Assembly (NCBI GenBank): GCA_049724395.1
Contig: JAUGWO010000103.1
Location: forward strand, 1 to 64,000
Length of the DNA stretch: 64,000 bases
Source of the DNA: Spongospora subterranea f. sp. subterranea
Taxonomy: Eukaryota
Reading direction: 5' to 3'
Part shown: piece after piece, positions 12,220 to 25,521 of the stretch
How the letters are laid out: each line of letters opens with the position of its first letter
How positions within the stretch are numbered: position 1 is the first letter of the stretch
Position numbers and translations under genes: made by a program
The notes under the pieces: model-generated
The model's input: the letters and a program-made list of their open reading frames with translations, nothing else
What the model was told of the DNA's origin: nothing
The model's database searches: none

Positions 12220-13351
12220 TGTTGATTTTTGAGTTGAACGGCTGATAGTACAATGGCGCGATTGCACCCTCCAGTGACCTGCCCATTTGGACTCAATTTG
12301 CGCCACACACACGCCGGATCCGGCTCTAGAAAACCACAATTGGGGTTAATTATAGAATACGGTCAACAAGAGATGGGACTTGAAGTTGGCGGCTATATCT
12401 GGGTTTTGTTGCCAATGGGCTCAGTCAATATTGCCTGTCAGGCTCCAGCCGTGGCCCTCAATTGTGCATCTGGGCGTTATCGTCGGTTCATTGGCGTCGC
12501 CAGAACCGGGTCAGGACCATTGAGTTGGTGTGTGGGACAGTTCTAGAATCCACTCGCAATCTCGGTCGTCCTGTCAAAGATCACGAGACCCATTTTTCGG
12601 CGCCGGATGGTTTATTGAACCCACTTTTTCGCGAACTCAAAAACTACAGAATCACGATCTTGCCTATTTGGTCCCTGGCGCTCACGCGGCCGACATTATT
12701 GTCGTCGTGTCCACTCAAGAAATTGTCTGATTGTTTATTTGTGCTGAAGGGTTCAAAACATTTACCGACGACTATATCCCAACAGGGTCATCGGTCAAGA
12801 ACTGATTGCGAATCACATTCTTTCAGTATATCAAACCGGCAGACGCTCTGCAAATTTCGTCTGTCCATTGAACATAGTTTGCCTGAGGTGGTCTCATCCT
12901 GCTGGTTTAGGATCATAATGCAGATCCGTCATCATTGTTAGAGAAGTCGCCGGCTTATTGTCGATTATGGCCCACGATGCAGACCCCGAACTGATCAATG
13001 GACCGTATTTTACAATATGAAGAGTCAGTTTACTCGCTATCTCTTAGGGCTGTTTCGAACCCAGGCGGGGGTTGGAAAATTGATGATATACGGGCGATTG
13101 TTGAATGATGACAATATGATGATCGCAATGACAGTATTACAACCCAAATATGTGCTGAAAGGACGTTGTATTCGAGATATTGGATCGAAGAGCCGATTCA
13201 CAATTATGTGGGGACCGGCATAGGTCTTGGGACAGATCTTCACAAAACCTGTTCGCCATCAGATGGCGTTACCGGCCGATACGGTCTGATCGGATCATCG
13301 GAACTCAACGGAGAATTTATGTGTTCACATTAGATTTGAAGGTTCTGGTAT

Positions 13352-14486
13352 ATGATGAGCGGTAAGGTGGCGTTCGTGACCGGAGGGAATAAGGGCATCG
13401 GGTTGGCCATCGTTCGCGGCCTGGCCAAGCGCCATCCGGATTGGACCGTCCTGCTGGGCTCGCGAAACAAACAGGCCGGGGAGGAGGTCGTCGCAGGTCT
13501 CAAGAAGGAAGGCCTCTCCAATGTGAATCCGGTTGTCGTTGATGTTTGTGACCACGGATCGATTCAAAACGCCAAAAAAACCGTTGAACAGAAGTATAAA
13601 TGTATGAAAACCCCTCTCTGTTTTTGCTCATCGTCGGAATTGTTGATAAATATGTGACAGATGTTGATGTCCTGGTGAACAATGCGGGAATCGCCTGGAA
13701 GGGTGACGCGTTCTCGGAGGAGGTAGCCGCCAAGACGATCGCCACCAACTACTATGGCGTCCTGAACGTGACTAACGCGTTCTTGCCAATTATGCGAAAA
13801 CCTGGCGCCCGAATCGTCAATGTTTCGTCAACAATGAGCTGCAACGCGTTGAGTGGTTGTCAAAAATCACTCCAAGACCAGTTCCTTGACCCAAATCTAA
13901 CTATCGACAAGTCGGCATTTATTTCAATTTCGCAATGTTTATGGCTCATCCTAATTGGTATGTTCAATTTGCAGAAATCGTCCGATTTCTGCGTTTTTGT
14001 ATTCTAATACTGTTTTTCATTCCAAAATCTACTTGACTTGTTTTCATTATCTCTAATGTCCAGGTTGAGCAAACTACTGGAGCAGTTTATTCATGACGTG
14101 AAGGACACGACTTGGAGTGAAAAAGGCTGGCCGAAGTCGTGCTATGGCGTCAGTAAAATCGGAGTGGTCAGTCGCCTCAAAACTGTTGCGTTTTCGGTTC
14201 TGAAAATACGATCTTGCAGTCAATGCTGACGAGAATTATGGCCCGGGATCAAGACAAGTCCCAGATACTTATCAACTGTTGCTGTCCAGGTATATATCTG
14301 CATCATCACGCCAACTGAAAAGATGTTCATATTGCGCCAGGTTGGGTGCGAACGGATATGACAGGACCACAAGCGCATCTAACGCCAGACGAGGGCGCTG
14401 TCACGCCCTTACTTCTGTGCGATCTACCTGACGATCAGCCAACTGGTAAATTGTGGTACCAAGAGAAGGTTCGCGATTGGATGTAG
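13352..14486 (+). CDS. Carbonyl reductase-like short-chain dehydrogenase/reductase (about 5 exons)
   Basis: TGGNKGIG, NNAG, YGVSK, CCPGWVRTDM and PTGKLW motifs. GT-AG introns; TAG stop at 14484-14486. Confidence 0.92.
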
Positions 14487-15012
14487 TTATTCCGGTATGG
14501 GCTTTGAGATTCAAAATCGTGTGATCACTGAAATCAATTGCTGCGCAGCGGTTCACAGGCTCCGTTTTTAAGTACGAACATCGAATAAACCTGGTCGTTA
14601 ATTTCATTTCAAGCGACATGATGATATGAGCTTGCACACTATCGTGGTGGATTATAATCTTAACCAGATAATTCGACGATATCCCCCCAAGTTCAGATAT
14701 TGTTTTTTGATAATGCCATGACATCACCGATTGAACATAGATTGACGGTGTTTACACATGCGACAATCAGAATGACCTTTCTCCTCAGTAGTAGTTGTTC
14801 GAATGCGGTCAGGCCTATATTCCTTTTAACGTTCTTTTTACCTTTCCCTTCGCCTCTCCCTCCGATTTCCAGGTTCGCTATTGGTTTCGCCTTTTCTATT
14901 GACTCCTCCCTTGCTACTGATAGACACCCTGCTTTTCTAATGTTTTCCCCCACGCTTACGCCTTCATATCCAATACTACCGCTTACACCTCAAATACTAC
15001 CTTCATATCCAA

Positions 15013-15136
15013 CGAAACTCTTCGGGGGGAAGTAATGATGTAAAATGAAGTAAAGGATTATAAGAAGCGTGTTTATGAATCAATCCGAATAATGTAATAC
15101 ATTATCATTTCGCATCATTACTTCCGAAGGGTTTCG
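15013..15136. repeat. Small imperfect fold-back (~35-bp arms), MITE-like
   Basis: cgaaactcttcgg(gggg)aagtaatgatgtaaaatga pairs with tcatttcgcatcattacttccgaagggtttcg. Confidence 0.7.
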
Positions 15137-15652
15137 ACATGAACATCATCATCTGCTCGCGGCGATTGGCTGTTTCTTCCCGTTCCAGTCTTTCTAATCG
15201 CGCTTCCTCCCGTATTCGATCTTCGCGCCTCTCGTCACGATCGTCTTTGATTTCTGTATTCCTGTTCTCTTTCCTCGGATTTCTGGTGCATCATCATCAT
15301 CATCGTCAACCGATTGTTGCTGTCGTCGCTTCGCGACAGTCGATCAATGGCAGTATCGACACGCTGACGCTTCGGTGCAACAGCTGACATTACCACGTCC
15401 TATGAAGCATCCAAGCGGTTGGACACGACCGCGAGCTGACCGGGAGTATTCCCGGATCGACCAGCGGGTAGGTCTTTTGACTGATCACGCTGTGGAACAG
15501 GCGTTAACAGCGACGCCTTTCCCGCCGACGTTAGATCCATGATGGGGTCCATCATACCCTCATCGCCGATGAGGCCTTCATGCTTACGATCATTCAATAG
15601 ACAGACTGTTGTAGTCGTCGTCGTCGAGATCTGCGACAGAACTCTTGGCGTG

Positions 15653-15830
15653 GAAAGGTGAACATGCACGTTCTCAAACTACTCACTGGAAATGATCTCC
15701 TCCATCATCCGGACTTCGGTAACCTGTCAATAAGCTGGTTCTGAGCTCCTTATTGACAGGTTGCCGAAGTCCGGATGATGGAGGAGATCATTTCCGGTGA
15801 GTAGTTTGAGAACGTGCATGTTCACCTTTC
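15653..15830. repeat. Hairpin: 82-bp arms, 14-nt loop
   Basis: 15653-15734 is the reverse complement of 15749-15830 with 2 mismatches. Confidence 0.95.
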
Positions 15831-15949
15831 ACCTCGTCCGGGGAGCGTCGAAAAATGTAAGGTGCTGGCTCAGTCCAACGCTGCTCCAATGCAATTGTAC
15901 GCAATCGCAGTTCGAGAGCGTGGCGATCAAAAGGCCTGTAAAGTTTGAA

Positions 15950-16500
15950 AGAGGAAGCTTTCTACCGGGAGGTCAATCATCATGCGGCCCAATTGTTGGA
16001 GGCGATGGAGGACGCGACCTCGCCGTTGTATGACCACTCCGATCCTGAGTCGCCGCAGTATACGTCCGTGCAGTATCGAATGGGATGGATCATCGCCGCC
16101 ACCAAGACCTTCTATGCCCAGTACACCAGCAACAACATTGCGATGCACATGCTACGACAGCAGGAGATCACGAGCAGCGCGGACCTCGCGCGTTTCACAT
16201 CCATGTGCATCCAGGAGACCAAATGGATTCATGCCAATCAGATGGCGAGGCACTTGATGGCGACTGGTAACGCTGTTCGTGATCTCCTGCTGTCGTAGCA
16301 TGTGCATCGCAATGTTGTTGCTGGTGTACTGGGCATAGAAGGTCTTGGTGGCGGCGATGATCCATCCCATTCGATACTGCACGGACGTATACTGTGGCGA
16401 CTCAGGATCGGAGTGGCCATACAACGGCGAGGTCGCGTCCTCCATCGCCTCCAACAATTGGGCCGCATGATGGTTGACCTCCCGGTAGAAAGCTTCCTCT
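15950..16500. repeat. Fold-back: ~230-bp arms, ~90-bp spacer
   Basis: 15950-16179 pairs with 16271-16500 with about 4 mismatches. The same peptide (EEAFYREVNHHAAQ...) appears on both strands. Confidence 0.95.
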
Positions 16501-16849
16501 CGTCGTTTGCGGCGTGTCAGTTGAAAGGCGGCGCTAGAATGTGCATCAACCTCGTCGTTGTCGTCGTCCTCAGGTGACAAATACGACGGAAAATTGGTAT
16601 AGATAACGGAGTCGGACTCAGAGACCTGCATGCCGGAACGGCTGACGATCGCAACGATGTACGATTTCGCTCGACGCGCGCTGTCGATGGTCTCGGCGAT
16701 CCTTTCAGCGCAAGGCACTTCGAAAAATGACGCATTTGAATGAGACAAAGATGCGATCTGCTGTCGAATTGCCGATGATGACGTCGTCCCGTAGATACGT
16801 CTGTCGGGGGACAGAACCATGAAGCGCGAATGATGTAGGCGCACTGGGG

Positions 16850-19615
16850 CGTCACCAACGAGTGGACTGCTTAATTTACATGGATGATGTGGTTGTGTTC
16901 TCGGCGGCGATCGAGACGCACCTGGACCAGCTGACTCGCGTCTTCGAGCGACTGCGTCGCATAATTTGATGGTCAACCCAGCAAAGACGTTTCTGCTGCA
17001 AAGGGAGACGACGTATCTCGGGCATCAGATTGACGGAGATGGGGTGAGACCCGATCGGCGTCTGATCGAGGTCGTGGCAGAACACCCGGCTCCTCAGAGC
17101 AAGAAAGCGATGAAGTCATTCCTGGGCCTGGCAGGATACTATCATCACTTCATCAAAGATTTTGCCGGGTTAGCAGCACCTTTGACTGACCTGACCGCGA
17201 AAGCCGTAGAATGGAGGTGGGAGGAGCGGCATCAAGTCGCATTCGAAGAGCTGCGTCGGCAACTAACGGAGCGCCCGCTATTGGCTCATCCGGACTTCAC
17301 GCGTCCCTTTATTGTCCAGACTGATTACTCCAGTTCAGCCATGGGCGCCGTCCTGAGTCAGCGAGATGATGACGGACTGGAACATCCGATTGCTTACATG
17401 TCGAAGAAATGCGTCGGTAAGGAACGGCATTACTCGGCGAGGCGTGGCGAGGCAGTCGCCATTCGACGAGCATTGCGGAAGTGGCGATGCTTTCTGGAGG
17501 GACAGCATTTTGTCATTGAAACCGATCATCGTCCTTTGGAATTCCTGCGGCGGGAACACGACGATGCTCAGCTGAACAGGATCTAGGAGGCTTTGGAATG
17601 TTTCCACTACACGTTGAGGTACAAGCCAGGGGCGGCGAATCAAAACGCGGACGCGTTGAGCCGATTACACGAGTACACCCACGAAGCCGGCGATCCCCTA
17701 CGGGAGGGCGGGGTGGAGACGGACGACGGCCAGGACCTGGATGACGACGAGGACGTTGTGGACAGCGGCTGGGCCGTCAACAGCGCCTCAGGCAGGAGGA
17801 GGAATCGAATGTGACGGAGCTGCGGCAAAGGCAGCGGGCGGATCCCCTGTGGAGCAACATTATCGAAGGCATCGAGAATGGCAAGCTAGGCTTACGGAGG
17901 GACGGCAACATTGTTCTAGACGGCAACGGCATCCTCATCAGGATTCAGCCGGAAAGCGATCGACATCAGGAGCAGAGGCAGATCTGCATACCGAAGTCCC
18001 GATAGAATTGAGCGAATCCGACTGGCCCATGATAGCCTGTTGGGTGCACATCTGGGGGAGCGTCGAACACTTGAGCGACTGCGTCGGGATGCCTACTGGC
18101 CGGGTATGGGCCGGGACGTGGCGGCACATGTCCGGGATTGTTGGTCGTGTCAACAGGCCAAGTTGTCAACGCCTTCGAACCAAGGACGGCGGCAAATCTT
18201 CGATGACGATGACGCGCCGAGAGAGCCATGGGCAGTGGTGCATATCGATCATGTCGTCAGCCTACCGACGACGTCGCGGGGCTACAAACATGTGTTATCG
18301 GCCACGTGTCGTTTTACGCATGCGACAATATTTATCCCGGTGAAATCGTTGTCATCGACAGAGACGGCGGAGGCGCTCATCAACGGCATCTTCTTGACGA
18401 AAGGTTTTCCCAAAAAGCTAGTTGCTGACCGCAGCTCGTCGTGGCGGAACGAGTTATGGAAGGCACTGTGCGCGATGCTGGGGATTCGTCTGGCGATGAC
18501 GGTGGCCTATCGAGCGCAAGGAAACGGCATGGCGGAGAGACCGCATCGGGTATCTCAATTCGTTTCTTCGGACGCTGACGGCAGAGGATCAAGCAAGATG
18601 GGATCGGGTCCTAAACTACGTCACGTTTGCGTATGGACAGGGAATATGCCGGACGACGGGGCAGACGCCACACTTTCTGGAGTTCAGCAGGGACCTACGC
18701 GGACCGAGCATGTACGACTGTCAGGTTCCGAGGACAGCACCGGCATCTCAGCGAGAATACCTGGCGCGGCTGCGAAGACGACTACGCGCCGCATGGACCC
18801 TGGCCGAGCGTTCGGCGGCAGAGGCGTATCGGGCATCGACGGAACAGGCTAATCGTGACCGAGGCGATATGGAGTTGGAAATTGATCAGCTTGTCTGGGT
18901 GAATAGGACGGCGTCAGAATCTGTTCTGGAAGAGCGACAATCTAGGCGGTTCTTACCGCGATTAACGGGGCCATGGCGAGTCCTGTCTCGACATTCCAAT
19001 GCTTTGGATACCTACAGGCTACGGCACCTAAATACCGGTCGGGAAGCATCGTTCAATGTGGACCAGATGGTACCTGTTCGAGGCAACCACGAAGAGACTG
19101 GGCGACAATCATCGACGGAACCAAGACGAGGCTGCCGGTGTCGACGATAATAGCGCAGGTGCGGGGGCAAGCAGAGACAGGGCAGCGAGCGACAGCGCGA
19201 TTCCCAGTTTAGACGCGGACGACGGCGACTTCGAGCCGTATAATCCCGCCGATTTTGAGACCTCTGACGACGAAAGTGATCGGGACGAGACGTACGCGCA
19301 GGCCAGTGCGAGTTCGCGGCCTCGCGACGAGCACACGGGACCTCGGAGATCAGTCCGATTCGCTTGTATCGGACTACGGGGGGTGTATGGTGACGGGCCG
19401 TGATTTACGCCAAGACGTAAGAGTGTGACTCCTTGCGTGGGAGGCGAAGGCCGGCAGACCCCTTTTTTAGAAAGTCATTAATAGATCCGAATATACTTTA
19501 GACGACCACTTTGGTTCATTTTCAAAAGCCTCACCTTCTAACTACTAACATTGCTCCCTGAGGGTAACGGCACAACACATCTCTCCCTCCAGGTTATTCT
19601 GCCGAGTCGTTACCA
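16850..19615 (+). mobile_element. Ty3/Gypsy LTR retrotransposon, 5'-truncated or rearranged (RT, RNase H, integrase, 3' LTR)
   Basis: IYMDD, SFLGLAGYY, QTDYS, ETDHRPL, NADALSR, integrase H...CWSC, HIDHV, GNGMAER. Stops and frameshifts present. Confidence 0.93.
19388..19615 (+). repeat. Putative 3' LTR
   Basis: Follows a G-rich PPT-like tract (cggggggtgta). Ends TGGTGACG...CGTTACCA form an imperfect terminal inverted repeat. No second copy found in the window. Confidence 0.55.
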
Positions 19616-19714
19616 AAGCAGTTGGCTACGGACTAGGCAATATACGTCAAGAATACGCGTGACGTGACTCAAATTGAAATTTGCGTCGACGTTGTGTCAG
19701 TGTCAGTCCCACTA

Positions 19715-20370
19715 CCGTATTTTGCGGGTTGGCGGACTCTGTGTGTTGGCGCGTTATTCACGGTTTACATGTTGGCGCGTTATTCACGGTCTACATGTTG
19801 GCGCGTTATTTACGGTTTACATGTTGGCGCGTTATTCACGGTTTACATGTTGGCGCGTTATTCACGGTTTACATGTTGGCGCAGGTCTTTAATCAAAACA
19901 TGCCCAGGCGTGAAAGTTACACAGCCGCTGAGAAGCCTTGAATCGTCAACCTTCGATCGTGCTGAAGGCGTTTCCGTAAAAGAGTTCTGTGCTGACCTAA
20001 TTGATTTAAGCAGGACAAGTGTCTCGTTGGAGACGAAATTCTGAAAATCTAAAGTCGTGTCGCCCATCAGCGAGATCCGCCTGCAAAGGGACCCCATCAA
20101 CTTTGAAACGCATTTTCTGAAGAATTCCTGATGTATTTGTTCGAAAGAGGAGAGTGCGGATTCGGTAAAACAGATTTGACCCTTGATTCGAGATCTATAA
20201 CTCAGCAATATCAATGCGAATGGTGGTAGACTCCCGTGTCAAACAGCACGCTATGCTGTTATTCGTCGTTTTTTAAATAAGCATAGGTACGGGATTCGGG
20301 TCGGAACGCACGTTGACCAGCAAACCCTGCGGAGTCATGTTGAGGATAAGATTTTGATCAGGAAAAGAGC
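19715..20370 (+). mobile_element. pogo/Tc5-type DNA transposon 5' remnant
   Basis: TA|CCGTA start as in the intact element at 27464. MPRRESYTAAEK and RRFLNKHRYGIRVGTHVDQ resemble the HTH region of that element's transposase (RFLRKDNSVQRRATHVAQ). Confidence 0.65.
19744..19882. repeat. 5.3 x 26-bp tandem repeat (tgttggcgcgttattcacggtttaca), subterminal in the pogo remnant
   Basis: Direct reading. Confidence 0.95.
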
Positions 20371-20772
20371 TCATTTGTCGCTTAACTGGCTGAACAAGTC
20401 TCTGCAGGGTTTTTGCTGGTCAATGTGCGTCCCGAAATGAGCTCTTTTTATGATCAAAATCTTATCCTCAACATGACTCTGCAGGTTTTGCTGGTCAACG
20501 TGCGTTCCGACCCGAATCCCGTACCTATGTTGTTTTCATAAACGACGAATAACAGCATAGCGTGCTGTATCCGATTTGGCCTTATACTCGCGGTCCATTG
20601 CTCGGACACGGGAGTCTACCACCATTCCCATTGATATTGCTGAGTTATAGATCTCAATGGTCACGAATAAATAAAGAGTCAAATCTGTTTTTTCGAACAA
20701 ATACATCAGGATTCTTCGGAAAATGCGTCCAAAATTGATGGCGCCCCTGTGCAGGCGGTTCTCGTTGGTGAC
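20060..20772. repeat. Diverged fold-back of the pogo remnant (~300-bp arms)
   Basis: For example gatctataactcagcaatatcaatg pairs with cattgatattgctgagttatagatc, and gggattcgggtcggaacgcacgttgaccag pairs with ctggtcaacgtgcgttccgacccgaatccc. Confidence 0.9.
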
Positions 20773-23700
20773 TCTTTTCCCAATTTGATATTGGCCTTGC
20801 TCTTTCGTTTGACAATTCTTTTCCGACTGCTATATTCACTATTACATCGCCCACGTTTTATGACGTGTTTCCTCTCGCTTACGCCTTCATATCCATTGGA
20901 GTACTATATTAATACATCTATCGCTCATTTCTCGATTCGATATTGGCTTCGTTCTTTCGATTGACACCACTCGTCCTACTGATGTATCGCCCCGATTTTA
21001 TGGCGTTTTTTCGCCACGCTTACGCCTTAGGTATCTTAGACACATATTGTGTTTCCATTTCGCTTGAAAATCCATTTCATAGTTAAAGAAATCTGCTTCA
21101 GATAAGTATTCCAGCCGTTGGATAGGATCCACATTCAAACTATTCAACTCCAACAGGCATAAATAAAAATCCCCGGAATCTGGAATTTGATGAAATACAT
21201 CAGCATGATACTGACTGTGAGATGTATTTCCAATCGAAATGGAAACACAGTAGATGTCCAAGGTACCTAAAGCGTAAGGGGGGGGGAAAAACGTCGAGTG
21301 AACTTCGCTGGCAGTTGGTACAGTAAAGAAATCATACTCCGAAACAGCATCTCCATGGACAGGCATACAGAAACAGTGTCGATTTGCTTATGAATCCAAG
21401 ATTCTCGCTGAGAATACGGGCTTCACGACAAGAAGAACCACAGCCTGCAAAAAATTAAAAGTTGAGCTTTCTTGGTAATCACCCTGGGTCGATATGGCAA
21501 GTTATAAGGGGACCTCCTGTCAAACCCGTCGCATACAGCATCCCCACAGATGTGGCGCTGCTTGATGACATCAAATCTTGACCTTGGTCAACCGCATACA
21601 CTCGATGAAGTGAAATCTCCATCATGACGAGGTCACGGAAAGGAAGAAGATCATTCGCAACCAGACCGGGAGTTCGTCATGGCCATTTCATAATAACGGC
21701 ATTCAGGAAATCTGACACACGACAAAATTCCATAGCAGAAATCAACGCGTTCTCTGGCGCCAAACGCCGCCATCATAGCAGCATAGTGATTGTATCAGAT
21801 GCTCAAATCCCAGCCTCACGGCCACACGGGTGCAGACCAACCGACGTGACTCATCTGATCGGTCAATTGTGTAATCACAACCAAATATGTTCGGTTCTCT
21901 CCTTTTTCGCCTCTAATACACAGATTAAATTCCACCGAAAATGAGATGTTTTGTATTGGGGAAAGAAAATCGGTGGAACTTGATCCGTGTATTAGAGGCG
22001 AAAAGGGAGAGAATGAGCAATAAGATCGAACGGTACACGAAAAGGACACAGGATATAAAAGTCCATGGTGCCTCTCTCACACGGAACTGGGATAATCCAA
22101 CCCCATCGATAAGTAGTATTACGATGGTGAGTTCTCACATATGACGATTATGTTGGTGTTGTATATATTTATGGCTTGATCGGGAATCGGGTTGGGGTTA
22201 ATTCACCCGTCTCAACCACACAAAATATCGTCGGGCACGACAGGGACATTGGCTTCATAGTTGTGCTGGGGGAATGCCGGTCGATACATCATCACACATA
22301 TGGAGGGCGGTTGGCGAAGGAACCGATCCGTCACTTACGAGTGGGATGAGTCTGAAGTGACCATTAACATCAGTGAACCACTGAGTCCGGCTGTACAAAA
22401 GGCTAACCTCCGACCCGAGAATTGCAGGGGTTTGACAGGTCGAAAAGTTCGCCAGCCAGGGCCGGCCAGAAATAGGGATTCTGCGAGTGTAGGGTTTGCC
22501 AGGGGTAAGTCGGTCAGTGTGGCTAACCGTCCTATAGGTCAGTGGCAACTGCGTAATGGTTGGACACCAGGAACGCCATTCTCAGACGGATACCACTTCT
22601 CCTGTTAACACGTCAACACACTTCATAAATCGTGAGATTGTCGGTTGCGTTCCTCATTCCAATATCGCAATGACGAACGATCGTAAGCGTAGCCTGTCTA
22701 TATCGGAAGCCTCTTGCGGTAATGGGAGCAGCTCGTCCACCATCAAGCGACCCTGTCAAGACCCACATCCGCCCCCACCCTGCTGGGCGTACGTCCCCAT
22801 ATCATTAAGGGATTTCCGATCAAGCCAGCTCGAGCAAAGGAGGAAATCGACATCGACTTTGCCGAGTTTCACAGGATTACAAATTCTACGCCAAGAAGTT
22901 ATGTGAATTTCAAGGCACCCAATCTTGTCTCGCTCAAGCAGTACCACAATGTTGATTTATTATGCGCTCAACGTCATTGAACCTGTTTCTTCATTTTCCC
23001 AATCTGTCTATCATATTGTTTACTTATAAACCGATTAGTTGTTGATTATAATCGGATCCATATCCGCTCAATCGTGATTGTATCAGCCATGTTCTTCGGG
23101 TTGGTAAACCCAACACCCTGGATTACCGGTATCGTGATTGTTTGAGCGCCATTTTTGAGTCATGTTCCAGTCCAGCTCTGTGACTAGATTGTCGGCCAGT
23201 TACGATACTGATTAGCCGGCGCGGCCCAACCGCCGATCGCTGGACATTTGATTTCACATAGCCACATTTAAAGGTTAGGAGCAATGAGTCAGATTGGAAT
23301 TGATTGCTGGTTGCGACTAAACTCGTCAATGTGCCATGAATTTCAAGCGAGTAAGATGTATCAACTTCGGCTGCTGATAACATGACGATGCCTAGCTGTA
23401 TCTGATCACCCTGACCACGTCCGGAGGTCCAGGATTTGCTGTAAACAGGGCGTGGGCCAGTTCTGCTGAAAAATATCGCGCTGCCATGGCCATGTACTAT
23501 TTGACAATTACCTGGCCAAAATTTTTGAACATGACGAGTCAACGGCGGTAAGTGTTTTACCCGGGTGTCTCCAATATGTTGTCAGGAATCGCTGCTCAGG
23601 TTGGTTATGAAACGGCGTTTCATGTAAGCGTTTCGTCAAGCTGGTTGGAAGGCAGAAGATTATGGTGCTTGAGAAACTCAGGATATATGTCTACGAGTGT

Positions 23701-24005
23701 TCCAAACCCCAACAAATATGGAATAATTTGATTACTGTAGTTGGAACTGTAATTGATTGAGTAATCAGAAGAGTGCAGGTGTGGGGACCTCTGGTGTATT
23801 ATTAGGAGAGTCTTAAATCAAAGATATTTCTCGGCTTGACGATAACTGTTTTGAAGTCTCGTCTGTTGGTCATCCTCCCCAGCCTCTCTAATGATGGACT
23901 TGACACCCCCCTGAGAACTATCAGGCAGACACCAGGACTACCGTTTTCTCAAGATGTAATAACATCGCCATCTTCTCAATACTAAACAGATTAGAACTGT
24001 TATTT

Positions 24006-25521
24006 TCATATATTGGAATGAATTTCTTTTCGCGACGATAAAATCAGCATTGCCGAGTGTTTCGATATCGGCTGATCCGGGGTCGTCAGACACCAACGGA
24101 ACCGCTGGGTCATCTCCAGCACCACCAGTTTGACAATGAGAAGCCCTAGCTCGCTCCCAACACACTCACGTGCTCCGCCTCCGAACGGCAGCGATTCCCA
24201 ACGATTCGGCATGTCTTTTCTTTGAAGCCACCGATCCAGGTCAAACTCTGCAGGGTGATTCGTGAACATGGTTGCTAGCGCATCCAATCCGACGAAAATT
24301 TGCCAATCTGAAACATCATTAACGATCAACAAACGGATCAATCTGATAAATTGAAAAGTACAGTCAGATATTTGTAAACTCAGCGTAGAAGTGATGACAA
24401 ACAGATAATTGTTATTTGAAAAGTCACTGTTCTGGTACAACCTTTAGGAATCTCAATTCCAGTACTAGTCAGGAATGCTTTTTTCGCGACGCGCCCAGCA
24501 ATCGGCGAGGTCGGAAACAGACGCATCGATTCCTTGATAGCGCTATCCAGCACGCTCATGGACTTGATAGATTTACTGCTCCATTCTTCGACCACCTAAA
24601 CCTGAATGAGTAAAACGAGCTAGAAATAATACCCGGTAAAGGGACCTCGTTCTCGTTCCATATCCGCTCAAGGACGTCAGGATAACGCGCCAGAGTATTG
24701 GTCACGATGTTGATTGTTGACGACGCCGTTTCATACCCGGCCAAAAGCGCCAAGATTGACTGCGCGCAGACTTCAGCGTTGGATATGGCATCGTCTGCGA
24801 TTAAAGTACCGAATAAACCACCATGTTGTGCTTTTGAGGTGATCAAGTCCTCGAAAAGCTGTTCGAGGCGCTGGCGGGCGCGTACGGCTCGGCCATATGG
24901 TGTGAACGGGAGATTGATTGGAAGGGCGACCATCCCGGCATTGAAGGACACAAATAAAGGGTAGAGTTTAGACGCCAATTCTGGGAAGAATTCACCAAAA
25001 AGGATGGTTTGACTGAGACGGAAAACGAGGCGATGGACTGAGGGAAATACGTCGAATGGAGTGTCGAATGGCCAGGTGGCGATTTCCTGGGCGACAAGTG
25101 AAGCTGCCATAGGCACGAAATCAGCCAACTTGTCAGGCGTCATCGCCGATAGGAACAGCCGACGACGATGGCGATGAGTGGCGCCATGTTGGGTTAATAT
25201 CGTCGATTCCATCAAGCAGTGGATCGGCTTCATAAGCTGCATCTCCACGAGTGCGTTCTCGCCAAGCAGCACCATCTTGGCGTCATCGATACTGCTGACA
25301 ACAATTGTCGGCGATCCCAGTAAATGGGTCTTGAATATTGGGCCGTACTTGGCGTGACGCTCCCGAAGAAACGAGCGCATGTTGGAAACGAACGGGATAG
25401 TATCGCCAACAATCGGCCAACCCATAGCGCCAGGAGCCAGGCACATTGCATTCCAATACAGCGACCAAACCAGTCGAAGAATTATCGTCAGCAGAAACAG
25501 TAGAACCGGAAAGACCAACAT
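24006..25521 (-). CDS. Cytochrome P450 (3 exons)
   Basis: N-terminal membrane anchor, PG..GWP.VG, AGYET, ESMR (ExxR), heme motif FGGGARECVG. Confidence 0.93.

Larger units (their letters stand above)
8303..13190. repeat. Direct segmental duplication, ~1.8 kb: 8303-10130 and 11304-13190
   Basis: Long colinear near-identity, for example ataattgagtgacatgtgaagatgtcattgcacc and gcgaactcaaaaactacagaatcacgatct. Older related blocks occur at about 6180-6390 and 7190-7330. Confidence 0.92.

Noticed and set aside
15945..16976. Pair of real host genes on opposite strands
   Set aside because: The shared peptide is explained by the inverted duplication within TE-derived sequence.
20998..23542. Several 100-140-aa ORFs
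   Set aside because: No recognisable motifs or consistent exon structure.
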